A stretch of DNA of 64,000 nt from a virus (IMGVR_UViG_3300028146_000008:1-64000); one strand, 5' to 3'. Counted from the stretch's first letter, positions 36,152-46,483 are shown. Numbers and translations: made by a program. Notes: generated by a model not told the origin, from the letters alone.

Positions 36152-38008
36152 TCACGTTCCTAGTAACTGCTCGTCGTAATTTTTTATAATCGGCATCCCT
36201 TCCCAGTGAGTGGGAGGCGGGACCACGACTTCTTTCGGAAGATCGTAGCCGTCTGTTTTCCAGTGCTGGCCAGTCTCGTTTAGCGGATTCTCGCGGTGCC
36301 CGAACTGGCGCTCGCTTCTTTGCTTTTGCGCCAACACGTCCCAAGCCGCCGTGACTTTTTCTTGTTCCGTTTGCGGAATAGTTATGTCTTTCGGCAAGAA
36401 TCGGCGAAGATGGCCAATCATGTCCACCGAATCATCTTTACGGTTGGTTCCGGCTTTGAACTGAACGAACTCCCGAATGACTTGATTCATTACTTCTTTC
36501 GGAATCTGATCCGAGAAGAAGATTTGGTTATTCAGAAAGAGATTTTCAGTTCCTTCCGCGCGGGCGTTCTTAGCGCCTTTTTGGTTATCGACGGGGAACC
36601 ATTCGATAGGCGGACAGTCGTGGTATCCGACCTTGGCCAATGCTCGGAGAATATCGTTCTCTAAGAAATCAGCTCCTGGAGATTTTTCGACGCTTAATTT
36701 TTCTAGCGGACGCCACTGAACCGCTAAACCTGCAAACTGGTGGGGCAGATCGGACTTGCTGTACCGACCGAGTTTAATCGCGGCTATGTACATCCGACCG
36801 GCGTATGGTCCTTTGTCTGTAAAGAACGCTACGCCGCCCGATGAACGGTCACTGTCCGGATTATCGGTTTTTGCGAAGTCCCATGCCATTCCGACAAAAT
36901 AGGTTCCAGGTTGTGGGAACTGCTCGTGCGGAATAATCACCGCTTCGATCATTTCCTTAGTGAACTTCACGACCTTGGTTAGAGTCGGGTTGATGAGGTA
37001 CTGGCAACTGAAAATGTAGGCATCTACGTTGAGTTCGGTTTTTAGGTTCTTAAAAGACAACCGTTCAACGCCGTCGCCATCTTTCTCAAACAAAAGGCTC
37101 GCGATATCGTCTTGCGTGATCTGGTCGAGCTGCTTATTCCATGCGGATTTCTTTAGAACCCAGGCGGCTGCTTTCAGCACCTTCAGGTCTACGATTGTTT
37201 CTTCCAGCGATGAGTAAGCATCCGAAATGTCATACGGAGTACCCACATAATCACGGTAGCCGTACAGATCGACAATTGGACGAGCAAGCTTAATTTCAGC
37301 AGTAACTTTCTTGCGCGACTCTTCGTTGGCTTTAGGACCGGAGTTCGTGTTACTGACGCAATCATCGAACTTACCTACGTCGGCGTGTTTACCTGCGGTG
37401 CTCATTCCCAGGGACAGGGCCAGCAGAGTAGGTTGGGGTTGCTGTTCTTTGCGAGACCGAGACATGAATTCAAACTCGGACTCTTTTTTCTTCGCCGGTA
37501 CACAATGGGCGAAGTACAACATTTGAAATCGAGTGAGTTGTTTGTCGTCTTCGACTTGGAAGTGGGACTTGGTTTGCCGAACGAAATCGGCAGCCAATCC
37601 TTCTTCCGCCGTCATGTAGAAAACGCGAATGTTCGGAAAGCAGATGATCCACTGAATCGCATCCGCCATGTCAATGGAGGATTTGAATGTGCCGCGCGGA
37701 TAAAGAAGTAGGCGGTTCTTGATTGTGCTCTGCTTCGCTACCGCGTCTTTCCAGTTCTTCGCTTCGATGTATGGGTTCTTTTTTACGAAAAAATCATCCG
37801 TGATTGGCCGGTGGGTTTCGTCAACGAGAGATAACCCGAGAAGGTCCGTACATAGCCAGTAAAGGTCTTGCTGGCCTCGGCGGAACTCCTCTTCCCAAAC
37901 TTTCGGATCGTTGTAGCCGTATTTGAGCCAGTCCGTAGAACCCGTCTTTTCGGCAGCGCCTTTTGCTTCCTGGTAGAGCTTGTCGAAATCAAACGGGTTG
38001 TACGCCAT
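36152..38008 (-). CDS. terL: Terminase large subunit
   Basis: Walker A-like LLLYPRGTFKSS; GKHAD..FDD; VGTPY; FSCQYLINP; nuclease AWDFA and KDDSVD. Confidence 0.9.
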   Translation of the reverse strand: MAYNPFDFDKLYQEAKGAAEKTGSTDWLKYGYNDPKVWEEEFRRGQQDLYWLCTDLLGLSLVDETHRPITDDFFVKKNPYIEAKNWKDAVAKQSTIKNRLLLYPRGTFKSSIDMADAIQWIICFPNIRVFYMTAEEGLAADFVRQTKSHFQVEDDKQLTRFQMLYFAHCVPAKKKESEFEFMSRSRKEQQPQPTLLALSLGMSTAGKHADVGKFDDCVSNTNSGPKANEESRKKVTAEIKLARPIVDLYGYRDYVGTPYDISDAYSSLEETIVDLKVLKAAAWVLKKSAWNKQLDQITQDDIASLLFEKDGDGVERLSFKNLKTELNVDAYIFSCQYLINPTLTKVVKFTKEMIEAVIIPHEQFPQPGTYFVGMAWDFAKTDNPDSDRSSGGVAFFTDKGPYAGRMYIAAIKLGRYSKSDLPHQFAGLAVQWRPLEKLSVEKSPGADFLENDILRALAKVGYHDCPPIEWFPVDNQKGAKNARAEGTENLFLNNQIFFSDQIPKEVMNQVIREFVQFKAGTNRKDDSVDMIGHLRRFLPKDITIPQTEQEKVTAAWDVLAQKQRSERQFGHRENPLNETGQHWKTDGYDLPKEVVVPPPTHWEGMPIIKNYDEQLLGT

Positions 38009-38016
38009 GTCTCCTC

Positions 38017-38664
38017 TTAGGGCATTGAAGGTGCGGCGGCTGCGGGGGCCGGTGCTGCGCTTGACGGGGCCGGGGCTGCTGGAGCCGCTTCGCCCGCGCC
38101 GAGCATCTGCTTTAGTTTCTCAACCAGATCGCCGCCATCTTTCACAGCGTAACTGTTTTCGTTATCGTCCATTCCGACCTTATCCGGACGGGTGTGCATC
38201 TGGTGCTTCACAGTGTGTGAACCATCGGAGTGGTGCTCGATGTGTGTATGCTTGATTCCGTGCTTCGGCTTCTTGCTGCCACCCAGACCGGAGGTTGCTT
38301 TGTCCATCACGGCTTTCTTCATTTCTGGCTTGGCTTCGGACTTCATCGCGGGCTTTGCTTCTTTGTTATCTTTTGCGGGAATCACTTTTTCATCCTTATG
38401 TAATTCATATAAACCTGTTTTTGGAACCGTTCCGCCCTTTTTGAAACTTCCAAGGGCTTTCGCCTGTTCGCCGCGATACTTGATTCCAGCGGCGGCATCG
38501 CTTGCTTCTTTTCCGATTCCATTTGATGGAGCGGGAGAAGCAGGAGCGGCAGGTTTAGGAGACGGTCTTTCGGGTCCACGAACGGACGCTTGAAATCTGT
38601 TGGCATCAGCCAGTGTGTTCTTAGCAGAAGCTAAGGCGCGTTTGACAAAATCGTTATCCGGCAT
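38017..38664 (-). CDS. Hypothetical protein
   Basis: MPDNDFVKR...; SFKKGGTVPKTGLYELHKDEKVIP motif. Confidence 0.55.
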   Translation of the reverse strand: MPDNDFVKRALASAKNTLADANRFQASVRGPERPSPKPAAPASPAPSNGIGKEASDAAAGIKYRGEQAKALGSFKKGGTVPKTGLYELHKDEKVIPAKDNKEAKPAMKSEAKPEMKKAVMDKATSGLGGSKKPKHGIKHTHIEHHSDGSHTVKHQMHTRPDKVGMDDNENSYAVKDGGDLVEKLKQMLGAGEAAPAAPAPSSAAPAPAAAAPSMP

Positions 38665-38665
38665 G

Positions 38666-38845
38666 TTAGGTCTTCTTCGATCTGGCTCTAAAATCGGCTT
38701 CACGAAGAACGCGGCCGGGTGTTGCTTTCTCAGGCAAGTTTTTACCCTTGGCTTCTTGATCCCACTCTTTTACTTTTTCTTTTCCGAGTGCTTTGACTCC
38801 AGATGGAGAGTTCGCCCACCGAAGTTGTTTTTTACTTAGTGGCAC
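38666..38845 (-). CDS. 59-aa basic hypothetical protein (below the ORF-track cutoff)
   Basis: AAGGAGG SD, then GTG: MPLSKKQLRWANSPSGVKALGKEKVKEWDQEAKGKNLPEK... Confidence 0.6.
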   Translation of the reverse strand: MPLSKKQLRWANSPSGVKALGKEKVKEWDQEAKGKNLPEKATPGRVLREADFRARSKKT

Positions 38846-38934
38846 GGTTCCTCCTTAGACCGAAACGGGGCGGGGTGAGCCGCCCCTTCGGGTTACGTTG
38901 TGGGGATTTCACCCACACTCTTTTAATTGGTTGA

Positions 38935-39531
38935 TTAGGCTTCGAGAAGGAACTGAGTCAGAGTTACGGTCGCACCGCTAAGGTTGTTGGCGGCTGCCGA
39001 AACAACACCGACTGCAAACTGAACCGGGGGTTCAGCCGCGTAGTTGGCTGTGGTGAGCGGGTTAGTGATGATGGCGCGGGCCACTGGAACGTTGGTTCCG
39101 CCGTTGGGTCCCAAACCTTCGTACCCTTGGAACACGCCCGTAAGAGCTTTGGATACGTTATCGCCTGAAAGTTCCGCTTCGATTTCCCACGGAATAGAAG
39201 CCGCAACAGCCGCTGCGTAGGTGAACACAGGCACGGCAGTTAACGCGCCGATCTGGTTACCAGCAGCCGCTGCGAAAGACGCGGTGTTGGACGCATACAG
39301 ACCGATCTGAACCGGCGTGGCCGCGCTGGTATAAGTGCCCGCGCCGAACGTGATGTAGCCTGCGGCGCGAACAGTAAACGGTTGGCCGTTCAGTTTGTTT
39401 GAACCAGGGGCGTTGAGGTTAAGCTGCGTACCGGCTCCGGGTTCTCCGGCGATAACGGTAAAAGCGGTAGTAGCTGCACCTGCGGGAACTGTCAGAGAGG
39501 CAGCAGCCGGTGCTTGAGCAATAGTATACAT
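38935..39531 (-). CDS. Ala/Thr/Gly-rich putative virion protein
   Basis: Beta-rich composition, AAGGA SD, followed by a GC-rich hairpin (~38861-38890). Confidence 0.5.
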   Translation of the reverse strand: MYTIAQAPAAASLTVPAGAATTAFTVIAGEPGAGTQLNLNAPGSNKLNGQPFTVRAAGYITFGAGTYTSAATPVQIGLYASNTASFAAAAGNQIGALTAVPVFTYAAAVAASIPWEIEAELSGDNVSKALTGVFQGYEGLGPNGGTNVPVARAIITNPLTTANYAAEPPVQFAVGVVSAAANNLSGATVTLTQFLLEA

Positions 39532-39617
39532 TGAGATTTTTTCCTTATTTGTTACTGATGTTTATTGGTGTTACGGAGACGTGCGCGAACGCGGACGTTT
39601 AAAACTGAGGAACTAAA

Positions 39618-40805
39618 CTACCAAGCCGATCCGTTGCGGATGGCCGAAATCAATTCAGAAATTGCGCCTTCAAAGCCGCGCGTTTCATTTCTGTAAAAAG
39701 TAGCGGACGGATACCACTTCAATTTTTTTCCCGTTCTTAGATACTTCCAGCAACTGTTTCCAGCGAGCAAGCAGGCAACGGGTTTTCCCATAGCCCCGGC
39801 TAAATGCAAAATGCTGGTATCAACGGTTACCACCGCGTCAAGATTCGCAATCAATCCTGCGGTGTCATCCCATGTGTGAAACGGGAGATTTGAAACAGGA
39901 TATGGAAGGTTTTCGCCGTGCTGTAGATTGACCCATTGTATTTTGTCGCCCGTCATGCAAACCAAACGCATGGCCTGCCCTTCGCTCAGAGAGCGAAACT
40001 TTCTTCCTCCCTGGTGATCCTCTCGGGCGGCATAACACAACCCGACAATAGGTAAACCTATGCGGGTCATTTTATATTTTTCTACGGACTCCGGTTTGGC
40101 TGTAATCGGAAGCGGATCGGGAACTTCGTGCGGCCCGATATCTAATTTAGCGGGCAAGGAAAAAGCCGTACACCAGTGGGTGGCGTTTATCTGCTCCCCA
40201 TCGGCGACCAACTTCTCTCTGGGAAACACTCTTTCAAAAAAAGAAAACAATTCGGCGTATGGATAGAATTTCCAGTTGACGCCTTTCTTGTCTAGCTCGG
40301 GAAGCCACCGGGGATAGGATAGTCGGTCCCCCGCTCCACCTTCATTGATAACCAAAAGTTCGTGGCCATCCGGCAGGGGTTCTCCATTCCATTCTTGGAC
40401 AGCTCTCGGAAGGAGAAGGTGATGAGCTGCGCCTTGCTGAGACGGGCGGCAGTTATCATAGATCGACCATGCTTGCTTCCATAGACCGGCTTTCAAAAGA
40501 GCTTCGCCGTACCCCATTCGGACATACATATCGCCGGGGTCAAGCCAGTAAGCCTGTTCGACTACCTGGGTAGATTCTTTATGTCGTCCTAGCTCCTTTA
40601 AAACCAAGGCCAGATTCATTCCGATGTCCGCTTGCTTATTCTTTCGCCAAGCTGCTTCGGCTAGAGGAAGAGATTTCTCTACGTCACCGAGGGTAAAATA
40701 GCAAGCAGACAGGTCTTTTAGTAATTCGGCGGTAGGCCGAACTTGGCAAATCGCGTCGAGACCTCGGATTACTTGTTTAGCGGTTTCTACAGAAAGCGGC
40801 TGCAT
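39618..40805 (-). CDS. TPR-containing GT9-like glycosyltransferase (paralogue of 26109-27380)
   Basis: EGGAGD; WDDTAGLIANLDAVVTVDTSILHLAGAMGKP; WYPSATFYRN. Confidence 0.85.
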   Translation of the reverse strand: MQPLSVETAKQVIRGLDAICQVRPTAELLKDLSACYFTLGDVEKSLPLAEAAWRKNKQADIGMNLALVLKELGRHKESTQVVEQAYWLDPGDMYVRMGYGEALLKAGLWKQAWSIYDNCRPSQQGAAHHLLLPRAVQEWNGEPLPDGHELLVINEGGAGDRLSYPRWLPELDKKGVNWKFYPYAELFSFFERVFPREKLVADGEQINATHWCTAFSLPAKLDIGPHEVPDPLPITAKPESVEKYKMTRIGLPIVGLCYAAREDHQGGRKFRSLSEGQAMRLVCMTGDKIQWVNLQHGENLPYPVSNLPFHTWDDTAGLIANLDAVVTVDTSILHLAGAMGKPVACLLAGNSCWKYLRTGKKLKWYPSATFYRNETRGFEGAISELISAIRNGSAW

Positions 40806-41395
40806 TATACTTTCTTAATGAACTTCATGTTTGGCGAGGTTTCATACCCGCCGAGTTCAATAAAATCTTCTTTCGGGATTACTTCGTTCACCGCTGCCTG
40901 AACTCCTGGAAAAGCCCAATCGTGGAATACCACGATCCCGTCATGCGACAGCATCGGCCAAAAATGAGTGAGCGCTACTTGGTGAGAACTGTAGTGGTCC
41001 GAATCCATGAAAATCAGGGATAGCGGACGTGGAGGGAAAGTCGGAATCGTGTCTTCGTGCTTTCCGCGAACTAAAACAATTTCAAAAGGTTTAACGGTTT
41101 CCTTTATTTCTTCCCAATCCGTGTTCGCGAAGTTCTCAAACCCGACTCCTTCGCCATAAGGCAAGCCGCCAAAAGTATCGAAGGCGTAAACTCTTTTTTC
41201 GACTCGGGGTGTTCTCTGATATTCGAGAACCGTCGCCGCCATCGCAATGGATGCTCCGCATTTGTAACTTCCGACCTCAACGATATCCCCTGGGATATGC
41301 GTAACGTGGGAGACCGCCTTGGTTAGATCAATTATGTTATTTGGGTGGCAATCCGAACGGGACTTAGCGAGTTCTATGGCTTCTTGAAAATTCAC
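40805..41395 (-). CDS. TylF/MycF-like O-methyltransferase
   Basis: IPGDIVEVGSYKCG, YAFDTFGGLP, FMDSDHYSS, GIVVFHDW. Confidence 0.85.
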   Translation of the reverse strand: MNFQEAIELAKSRSDCHPNNIIDLTKAVSHVTHIPGDIVEVGSYKCGASIAMAATVLEYQRTPRVEKRVYAFDTFGGLPYGEGVGFENFANTDWEEIKETVKPFEIVLVRGKHEDTIPTFPPRPLSLIFMDSDHYSSHQVALTHFWPMLSHDGIVVFHDWAFPGVQAAVNEVIPKEDFIELGGYETSPNMKFIKKV

Positions 41396-41856
41396 TCCGG
41401 TCTCCGAAGAATGTTAAAGTCTGAACGAAACCCGACGTATTTCCATCCGAGGTCTTTCGCTCGCTTGATGGCTTGTGCGGATTTGGTTTGATAGTCTGAC
41501 ATCGCTATTACCTTAGCGCCTGTGGAACTAGCGATTAGAAATTCCGTAAGGCCTGTCTGCAGGTCCGGTGGGTCCAAGAAAACAGCGTCTACCCACGTTC
41601 TGGTGCTCAAGTACCGGATGTGGTCTTGAGTCAGGAAGCGGCAATACTTCGCTGTGTCTTCCCTTTCCAGTTCGCGGTGAGTGCGAAGTTGATTCTGGAA
41701 GTCCAGGTCCACTGAAATGAATTCACTTGTGAACTGCTGCTGTGCGACCCATTTTGCGATTGGCTGCGTAAACGCACTGCCAGTTTCTACAATCTGTAAA
41801 CTCTTCTTATCGAACCCGTCTAGGAGTTCGGAGATTTCTGTTTGCAAGGGGTGCAT
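41392..41856 (-). CDS. Class I SAM methyltransferase-like protein (divergent)
   Basis: IVETGS, FISVDLD, VDAVFLD. Confidence 0.55.
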   Translation of the reverse strand: MHPLQTEISELLDGFDKKSLQIVETGSAFTQPIAKWVAQQQFTSEFISVDLDFQNQLRTHRELEREDTAKYCRFLTQDHIRYLSTRTWVDAVFLDPPDLQTGLTEFLIASSTGAKVIAMSDYQTKSAQAIKRAKDLGWKYVGFRSDFNILRRPE

Positions 41857-42227
41857 TCGATTGGCCCCGATTCCGTGATCCGAAAAACATCTGATTCCCG
41901 ATGAGTTGTTGATATTTCGAGAATCACTGCCCCCTCTTTGCTAGAAAATCTGTGCAAAGTGTTTGGCTCGATGGTGCGCTTATCTCCGATACTTAAAAAC
42001 TCTTCAAACGGGTTTCCGCGAACATCGCGTTGTTCCAGAGTCAGAGCCCCGCTAAGAATCAGAAAATCTTCCTTCTTTTGTTCGTGCCGATGCAGGGATG
42101 ATTGAAACCCGGCGTTCAAAAACAAAATCTTGGCGCAATACGAATCCGTATTCGTCAGCCACCATTCTTCCCCGTAAACTTTCGGAACTCGGTGGATTGG
42201 CCGAAGATGATCTAGTTCGATCTTCAC
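41820..42227 (-). CDS. Cupin-domain protein (sugar isomerase-like)
   Basis: VPKVYGEE, YCAKIL, SSLHRHEQKKEDF, HRF, ILEISTTH. Confidence 0.8.
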   Translation of the reverse strand: MKIELDHLRPIHRVPKVYGEEWWLTNTDSYCAKILFLNAGFQSSLHRHEQKKEDFLILSGALTLEQRDVRGNPFEEFLSIGDKRTIEPNTLHRFSSKEGAVILEISTTHRESDVFRITESGPIECTPCKQKSPNS

Positions 42228-42604
42228 AGAGTTATTCCAGAAATCGCGCTTACTTCGACTTCGAGGTGATGAATCGTGGTGAGCGGGTAGATGTGAACCT
42301 TGCCGTTTGCATCGCGAAACGTCATTCCGCCATTGTTAGCGATCAAACTCCACGCTTGGGCCACGCTCATTCTGTCAGCTTCGAGAGTGGGTAAACCTTT
42401 AGGCCGGTCCATCGGAACGATCTGTGGGGCGAGCGCGTAATAGCTGCCATCAGATGCTTTTTCGTTTAGAACCGCTGAGATCGTGATGTTGACGGTTTCT
42501 TTCGGGGTTGCCAGTCCGCTGGACCCTTGCGCTACTTTGGCAGCACTCGCTTCAGCCACTACTTGTGCTGCGATCTGTTCTTCCTGGGTTTTTGCTTTGC
42601 TCAT
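42224..42604 (-). CDS. Hypothetical protein
   Basis: MSKAKTQEEQ... with AAGGA SD. Confidence 0.5.
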   Translation of the reverse strand: MSKAKTQEEQIAAQVVAEASAAKVAQGSSGLATPKETVNITISAVLNEKASDGSYYALAPQIVPMDRPKGLPTLEADRMSVAQAWSLIANNGGMTFRDANGKVHIYPLTTIHHLEVEVSAISGITL

Positions 42605-43001
42605 GTTTTGATTATTTCCTTGACGCCGTTGTGCGGGGTCTAATCTTGGAGAAGCTTTTAACTTCTCCATGCGTTTGCCTTTGCGCCACACGCTCTACTT
42701 CCTTACGGTCATTGCACGACCTGTTGCACCAAATCGCGCTACGTAAGTTTTCATGCATGGTGGGAATCGAACCCACAGTTCTCTTTACGAATACCTAAAA
42801 TCTACTGGCCTTTCGTTCACAAACTGATCTATTCGGGACTTCATCGTATCTGCCCACAATTGTTCATCCGTGGAAAAAGCGTGACCGGATAAAAGCCCCT
42901 GGCCGCGACGGTCGTAAACGTCGAAGAGGATTTGCCCATTTGGTTGAGCGTTCACTTCAATTTTAAACGACCGATAAAATGTGACCATGATTCTCCGTTT
43001 T

Positions 43002-43030
43002 TAAAAGGCCGCCCCGGTTAAGAAGCGGCC
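43002..43030 (-). terminator. Rho-independent terminator
   Basis: Minus strand GGCCGCTTC-TTAACC-GGGGCGGCC followed by TTTT. Confidence 0.55.
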
Positions 43031-43236
43031 CCAAGGAGGTGACTGCTATGCTGAACTACTAAGACAGAGTATCACTACTCCATCTTATTGTCAACCATTT
43101 ACTTCAATTTATACTTTCTTTACGGCATTCACGACTGCGGAGGCTTTCTTTTCAACAGAAGCGCCCCAGCGGTAGCCACCATATCCACCGGCACAAACGC
43201 CGATTACAAAAGCAATGAAAGTGACCATTTATTCTC

Positions 43237-43443
43237 CTATGCGGGATTGTTTACCACAACTGATGTGCCAGAAACTTGTCCGCTTACAGAACCGTTCGGC
43301 TGGCCGACTGTTTTGGTTGTGGCCGCAACTGGTTGGCCTGCGCCCTTCGGGAGCGGGTGTACTGCGGGATTTGAAAAAAGCACTTGACTGCCGGATTTGT
43401 TGAGGGTGATGGTAGCCATTGTTTGATTGGGTCCCTGTGCCAT
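43237..43443 (-). CDS. Small NP[AS]-tail family protein
   Basis: GAGG SD; ends VVVNNPA*; internal LFSNPA. Confidence 0.6.
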   Translation of the reverse strand: MAQGPNQTMATITLNKSGSQVLFSNPAVHPLPKGAGQPVAATTKTVGQPNGSVSGQVSGTSVVVNNPA

Positions 43444-43453
43444 TTGTTACCTC

Positions 43454-43765
43454 TTAGGCGGGGTTGGCGAAGCGAACTTGAACCCCTGGGGCGTTGTTAA
43501 ACGAGAAGTTGGTCCGGATCGGTACTAGAGCATTTCCGGAAATTGACGTTGGTGCGATGTTCGGATCGGAGAAGGGAGCATCAACCGGGGGAAGTGGGTT
43601 CACGCCGGTAGCGTAATCCCCTGCGCTAAAACTCGGGGGGTTGCCGGTGTGAATTTCCAGACCTGTAACGACCGGGCCTCCGGGTAGTGAAAAAACTGTT
43701 TGGGGCTGGCCAGTGGCCGCTCCTGAATCGAAAGCCATAATGTTACTCTCCTGCCCTTCCGCCAT
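43454..43765 (-). CDS. Small NP[AS]-tail family protein
   Basis: Ends VRFANPA*; true start may be the later MAFDSG (GGAG SD). Confidence 0.6.
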   Translation of the reverse strand: MAEGQESNIMAFDSGAATGQPQTVFSLPGGPVVTGLEIHTGNPPSFSAGDYATGVNPLPPVDAPFSDPNIAPTSISGNALVPIRTNFSFNNAPGVQVRFANPA

Positions 43766-43952
43766 CTAGCGGACGGACGTTCCCGCCTCTGCGGGATTTA
43801 GTGGTTGCTTTTTCCCGAGCGGCATCGAGTCCTGCTTCTTTGGCGCTCAACATCTGTTTCTTTTTTGTCTGCATCGGGGTTGCGGTTGTAATGTAATCCG
43901 CGTCGTCTCGACTGGTTCCGAGAACCCGACAATTCGTTGGTTTGAGTTTCAT
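43743..43952 (-). CDS. Small basic hypothetical protein
   Basis: GAGGA SD, 69 aa. Confidence 0.5.
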   Translation of the reverse strand: MKLKPTNCRVLGTSRDDADYITTATPMQTKKKQMLSAKEAGLDAAREKATTKSRRGGNVRPLDGGRAGE

Positions 43953-43960
43953 ATTTCCTC

Positions 43961-44362
43961 TTAGGCTGGGTTCTTCCAGTTCACTGTCGCCGATAGCGCG
44001 TTTGTGAGTACCTTCGTTACCGTGGCGTATGTGGGTTGAACGTTGGAGACCGGATTCCCTTTTACTGTGGCCACTGCTGGGTCTGCGTAAACCGTGTCGT
44101 TTCCGGATGCGTCCACAAGGACCGAACCGGTATCTGCAAAAGGATTGGTTCCTTGGGATTGCGTTCCACCTGATGTCAGATCGAACCCGCCCGAGGTTGC
44201 ACCTGGGCCGGTCCAGTTTCCCGATCCGCCACCTGTTGGGGGTCCGCCCGAACCGGGGGAGTATGCCGCCCCGTTGGTCGAAGTGACTCCCGGAGTTCCA
44301 TTGTCGATTACAATGAATCCGTTGTCAGGGAGAGTGAATTTTACTTGTTGCGCTTGAGCCAT
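43961..44362 (-). CDS. Small NP[AS]-tail family protein
   Basis: Gly/Thr-rich, ends VNWKNPA*. Confidence 0.6.
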   Translation of the reverse strand: MAQAQQVKFTLPDNGFIVIDNGTPGVTSTNGAAYSPGSGGPPTGGGSGNWTGPGATSGGFDLTSGGTQSQGTNPFADTGSVLVDASGNDTVYADPAVATVKGNPVSNVQPTYATVTKVLTNALSATVNWKNPA

Positions 44363-44444
44363 GTTGCTTTCCTAATTTCCTAATTTCCTGATTCCCTATT
44401 CACTTTGTGAACTACTGAGGGCAGGCAACGCTGGCCTTAGATGT

Positions 44445-44966
44445 TTATGCTGTTGCTTTGTATTCTTGCCGGATGCGGACACACGAAAAATAAAAACGAT
44501 AAGCAACCCAAGCAAACGTTTCTCGGATGGGAGAGGTTGCAAGTGGCGGGTTGGTTGCGGCTAGCAAATTCAGATTTCGCTTGCCTTCCCGCATTTCAAA
44601 GATGTCGGTGACGATTGTGTTCTTTGTGTCTCTGGGATCAGTCGAGTCGCGCTCTTTGGCGTTTTCTTTGCGGATCAGACCATCTACAAACGTTCCTGCG
44701 TCTCTCGCGAGCTTCTTTGTATATTCCAGAAATATCGAGTCCACGCCCATTTTGTTTAGCACTGCTTCGGACTCAGAGATCACTTTGTAATCTGAAATCA
44801 GTTCAACGATGTTTCCACACTCTTGAAGGCTGCCGCGATACATCACGAACTCGACCTTGGGTCGCAAGTCTTCCGAACCGAGTTGAATTTTTTTCGACGC
44901 CACGTAAAGAGGTGCGTTGTCAAGAAACTCGTTCTTGAAAACCGCCTCTAGGTATTCAACATCCAT
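44445..44966 (-). CDS. Hypothetical protein
   Basis: GGAGG SD, 173 aa. Confidence 0.55.
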   Translation of the reverse strand: MDVEYLEAVFKNEFLDNAPLYVASKKIQLGSEDLRPKVEFVMYRGSLQECGNIVELISDYKVISESEAVLNKMGVDSIFLEYTKKLARDAGTFVDGLIRKENAKERDSTDPRDTKNTIVTDIFEMREGKRNLNLLAATNPPLATSPIRETFAWVAYRFYFSCVRIRQEYKATA

Positions 44967-44985
44967 TGGGGTGCCTCCGCACGCC

Positions 44986-45300
44986 TTACAGTTCTCTTAG
45001 TTTGTGGAGCCTCCCATCTTTATCCAATCGGTAGATCGGCTTCGATGGGTCGGCAGAACGGTTGACTGCTTTTACTGCTTCCGCGACTGCGGGTTCGGGC
45101 GTAGGTATGCTTGTACGCTTCTGTGCATTTTGTAGAAATTGTACGGGATCATGCACCGGGCGCGGATCTTCGGAAACCTTGACTAACTTACCCGCGCGGT
45201 TAAGAGTGCAATCCACCCCATCATCGTCTTGGAAGATGAGGTGGCTGCTCAAGGAATTGCTTCCTTCGGAAAAGGTTATGGTTCGGTCTGTTGGTTTCAT
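44986..45300 (-). CDS. Hypothetical protein
   Basis: MKPTDRT..., ATGA-coupled to the upstream ORF. Confidence 0.5.
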   Translation of the reverse strand: MKPTDRTITFSEGSNSLSSHLIFQDDDGVDCTLNRAGKLVKVSEDPRPVHDPVQFLQNAQKRTSIPTPEPAVAEAVKAVNRSADPSKPIYRLDKDGRLHKLREL

Positions 45301-46175
45301 AAAATAGTTAGCGACGTGCCGCACTGCGAGCAGAACTTCGCGTTTGCTTTATTCGTCTTGCTGCAGGTGACGCATTTGTTTTTTACGTCCACGGTTTTCG
45401 GCTGCTTGACTTCAACCTTTCCGTGTCGGCCAACGAGTTTGAGCACGATGACTTCGGTTTGGTTCTCGGTCTCAAATCCAGCAACGTTCTGAAATTGCTG
45501 GTTACTAACCGAACCCGGAACCGTGATGCCCGCGTCGTTCATGTTCTGCGGTGCCCAATCCATCGTTACCGAGCCTTCGGATTTAGGCTGCGCCGAGCGC
45601 AACAGAGACTGGGCTTTCATTTGGCCACTGGATGTATTAACCGCGTTGGCGGAAATAGATCCTGAAGTTGAACTGTTTACGGTGTAGCTCGAATTCTGCA
45701 AGCCACCCGTCAGGGTCCAGGTCGTTTTCGGATACTTCGGCCAGTATGGATACCAATATCCATGTTGCCAGTCATAGTGATAGTGGTCGTAATGATGGGT
45801 TTCCGTGACCGTAACAATCGGCTGTTTCTTTTCAAATCTGTACTCGACGCGGATCAGACCGTCTTCGGCTTCGATGCCGCGCGTCTCTTCGATCTCGGAT
45901 GTCCGCTCGATAAACTTAAACCGGTTGCCTTGGCTCAGGTTTCCGTTCTTCAGAAACCGCTCGATCTCCACACTCTGGTTCGGACCAACCACAAACCAAG
46001 TGCCGGAAGTATCTTTGCCGTCTATTTGAATCCGGAATTCGGCGCGGACTGAGTTCAGGTTCTTGACCAGAACCGAGTACTCCGAACCGAACGGTAATTC
46101 TACTCGGTCATTGGACTCGCGGAGAACCTTTCCATTCACTTTTAAACACACTACTAGATTCTTCTTGAACATCAT
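45297..46175 (-). CDS. Hypothetical phage protein with a C-terminal zinc ribbon
   Basis: AAGGAG SD; LPFGSEYS..KNL...IDG; CVTC...FCSQCG. Confidence 0.65.
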   Translation of the reverse strand: MMFKKNLVVCLKVNGKVLRESNDRVELPFGSEYSVLVKNLNSVRAEFRIQIDGKDTSGTWFVVGPNQSVEIERFLKNGNLSQGNRFKFIERTSEIEETRGIEAEDGLIRVEYRFEKKQPIVTVTETHHYDHYHYDWQHGYWYPYWPKYPKTTWTLTGGLQNSSYTVNSSTSGSISANAVNTSSGQMKAQSLLRSAQPKSEGSVTMDWAPQNMNDAGITVPGSVSNQQFQNVAGFETENQTEVIVLKLVGRHGKVEVKQPKTVDVKNKCVTCSKTNKANAKFCSQCGTSLTIL

Positions 46176-46248
46176 ACTATCTCCTTTTAACGACTCACCG
46201 ACTAGGAGTCCATTGTTTAAAGTCGGTTGGTTTTTTACTTCTACAACA

Positions 46249-46323
46249 TGGGGCCCAGTGATGGATTTGAACCACCGACCCGCTGTTTACAAAACAGCCG
46301 CTCTGCCTCTGAGCTAACCGGGC
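46249..46323 (-). tRNA. tRNA-Thr(TGT)
   Basis: Cloverleaf GCCCGGT/ACTGGGC, anticodon loop TT-TGT-AA, GTTCAAATC, encoded CCA. Confidence 0.92.
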
Positions 46324-46329
46324 AAAACT

Positions 46330-46403
46330 TGGCGGGGTCGAAGGGAATCAAACCCTCGTTTTTCGAGCGACAGTCGAGCGTCTTGTCACTAGACGACGAC
46401 CCC
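46330..46403 (-). tRNA. tRNA-Asp(GTC)
   Basis: GGGGTCG/CGACCCC acceptor, loop CT-GTC-GC, encoded CCA; T-loop TTTGATT is slightly atypical. Confidence 0.85.
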
Positions 46404-46409
46404 TAAATT

Positions 46410-46483
46410 TGGAGCGAGACGTGAGAATCGAACTCACTTCTTCAGTTTGGAAGACTGAGGCACTGCCAATATGCCAGTCCCGC
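46410..46483 (-). tRNA. tRNA-Gly(TCC)
   Basis: GCGGGAC/GTCTCGC acceptor, loop CT-TCC-AA, GTTCGATTC, encoded CCA. Confidence 0.92.

Noticed and set aside
42760-42777. tRNA-like T-arm (GTGGG-TTCGATT-CCCAC on the minus strand)
   Set aside because: No D-arm, anticodon arm or acceptor pairing could be built around it; at most a remnant.
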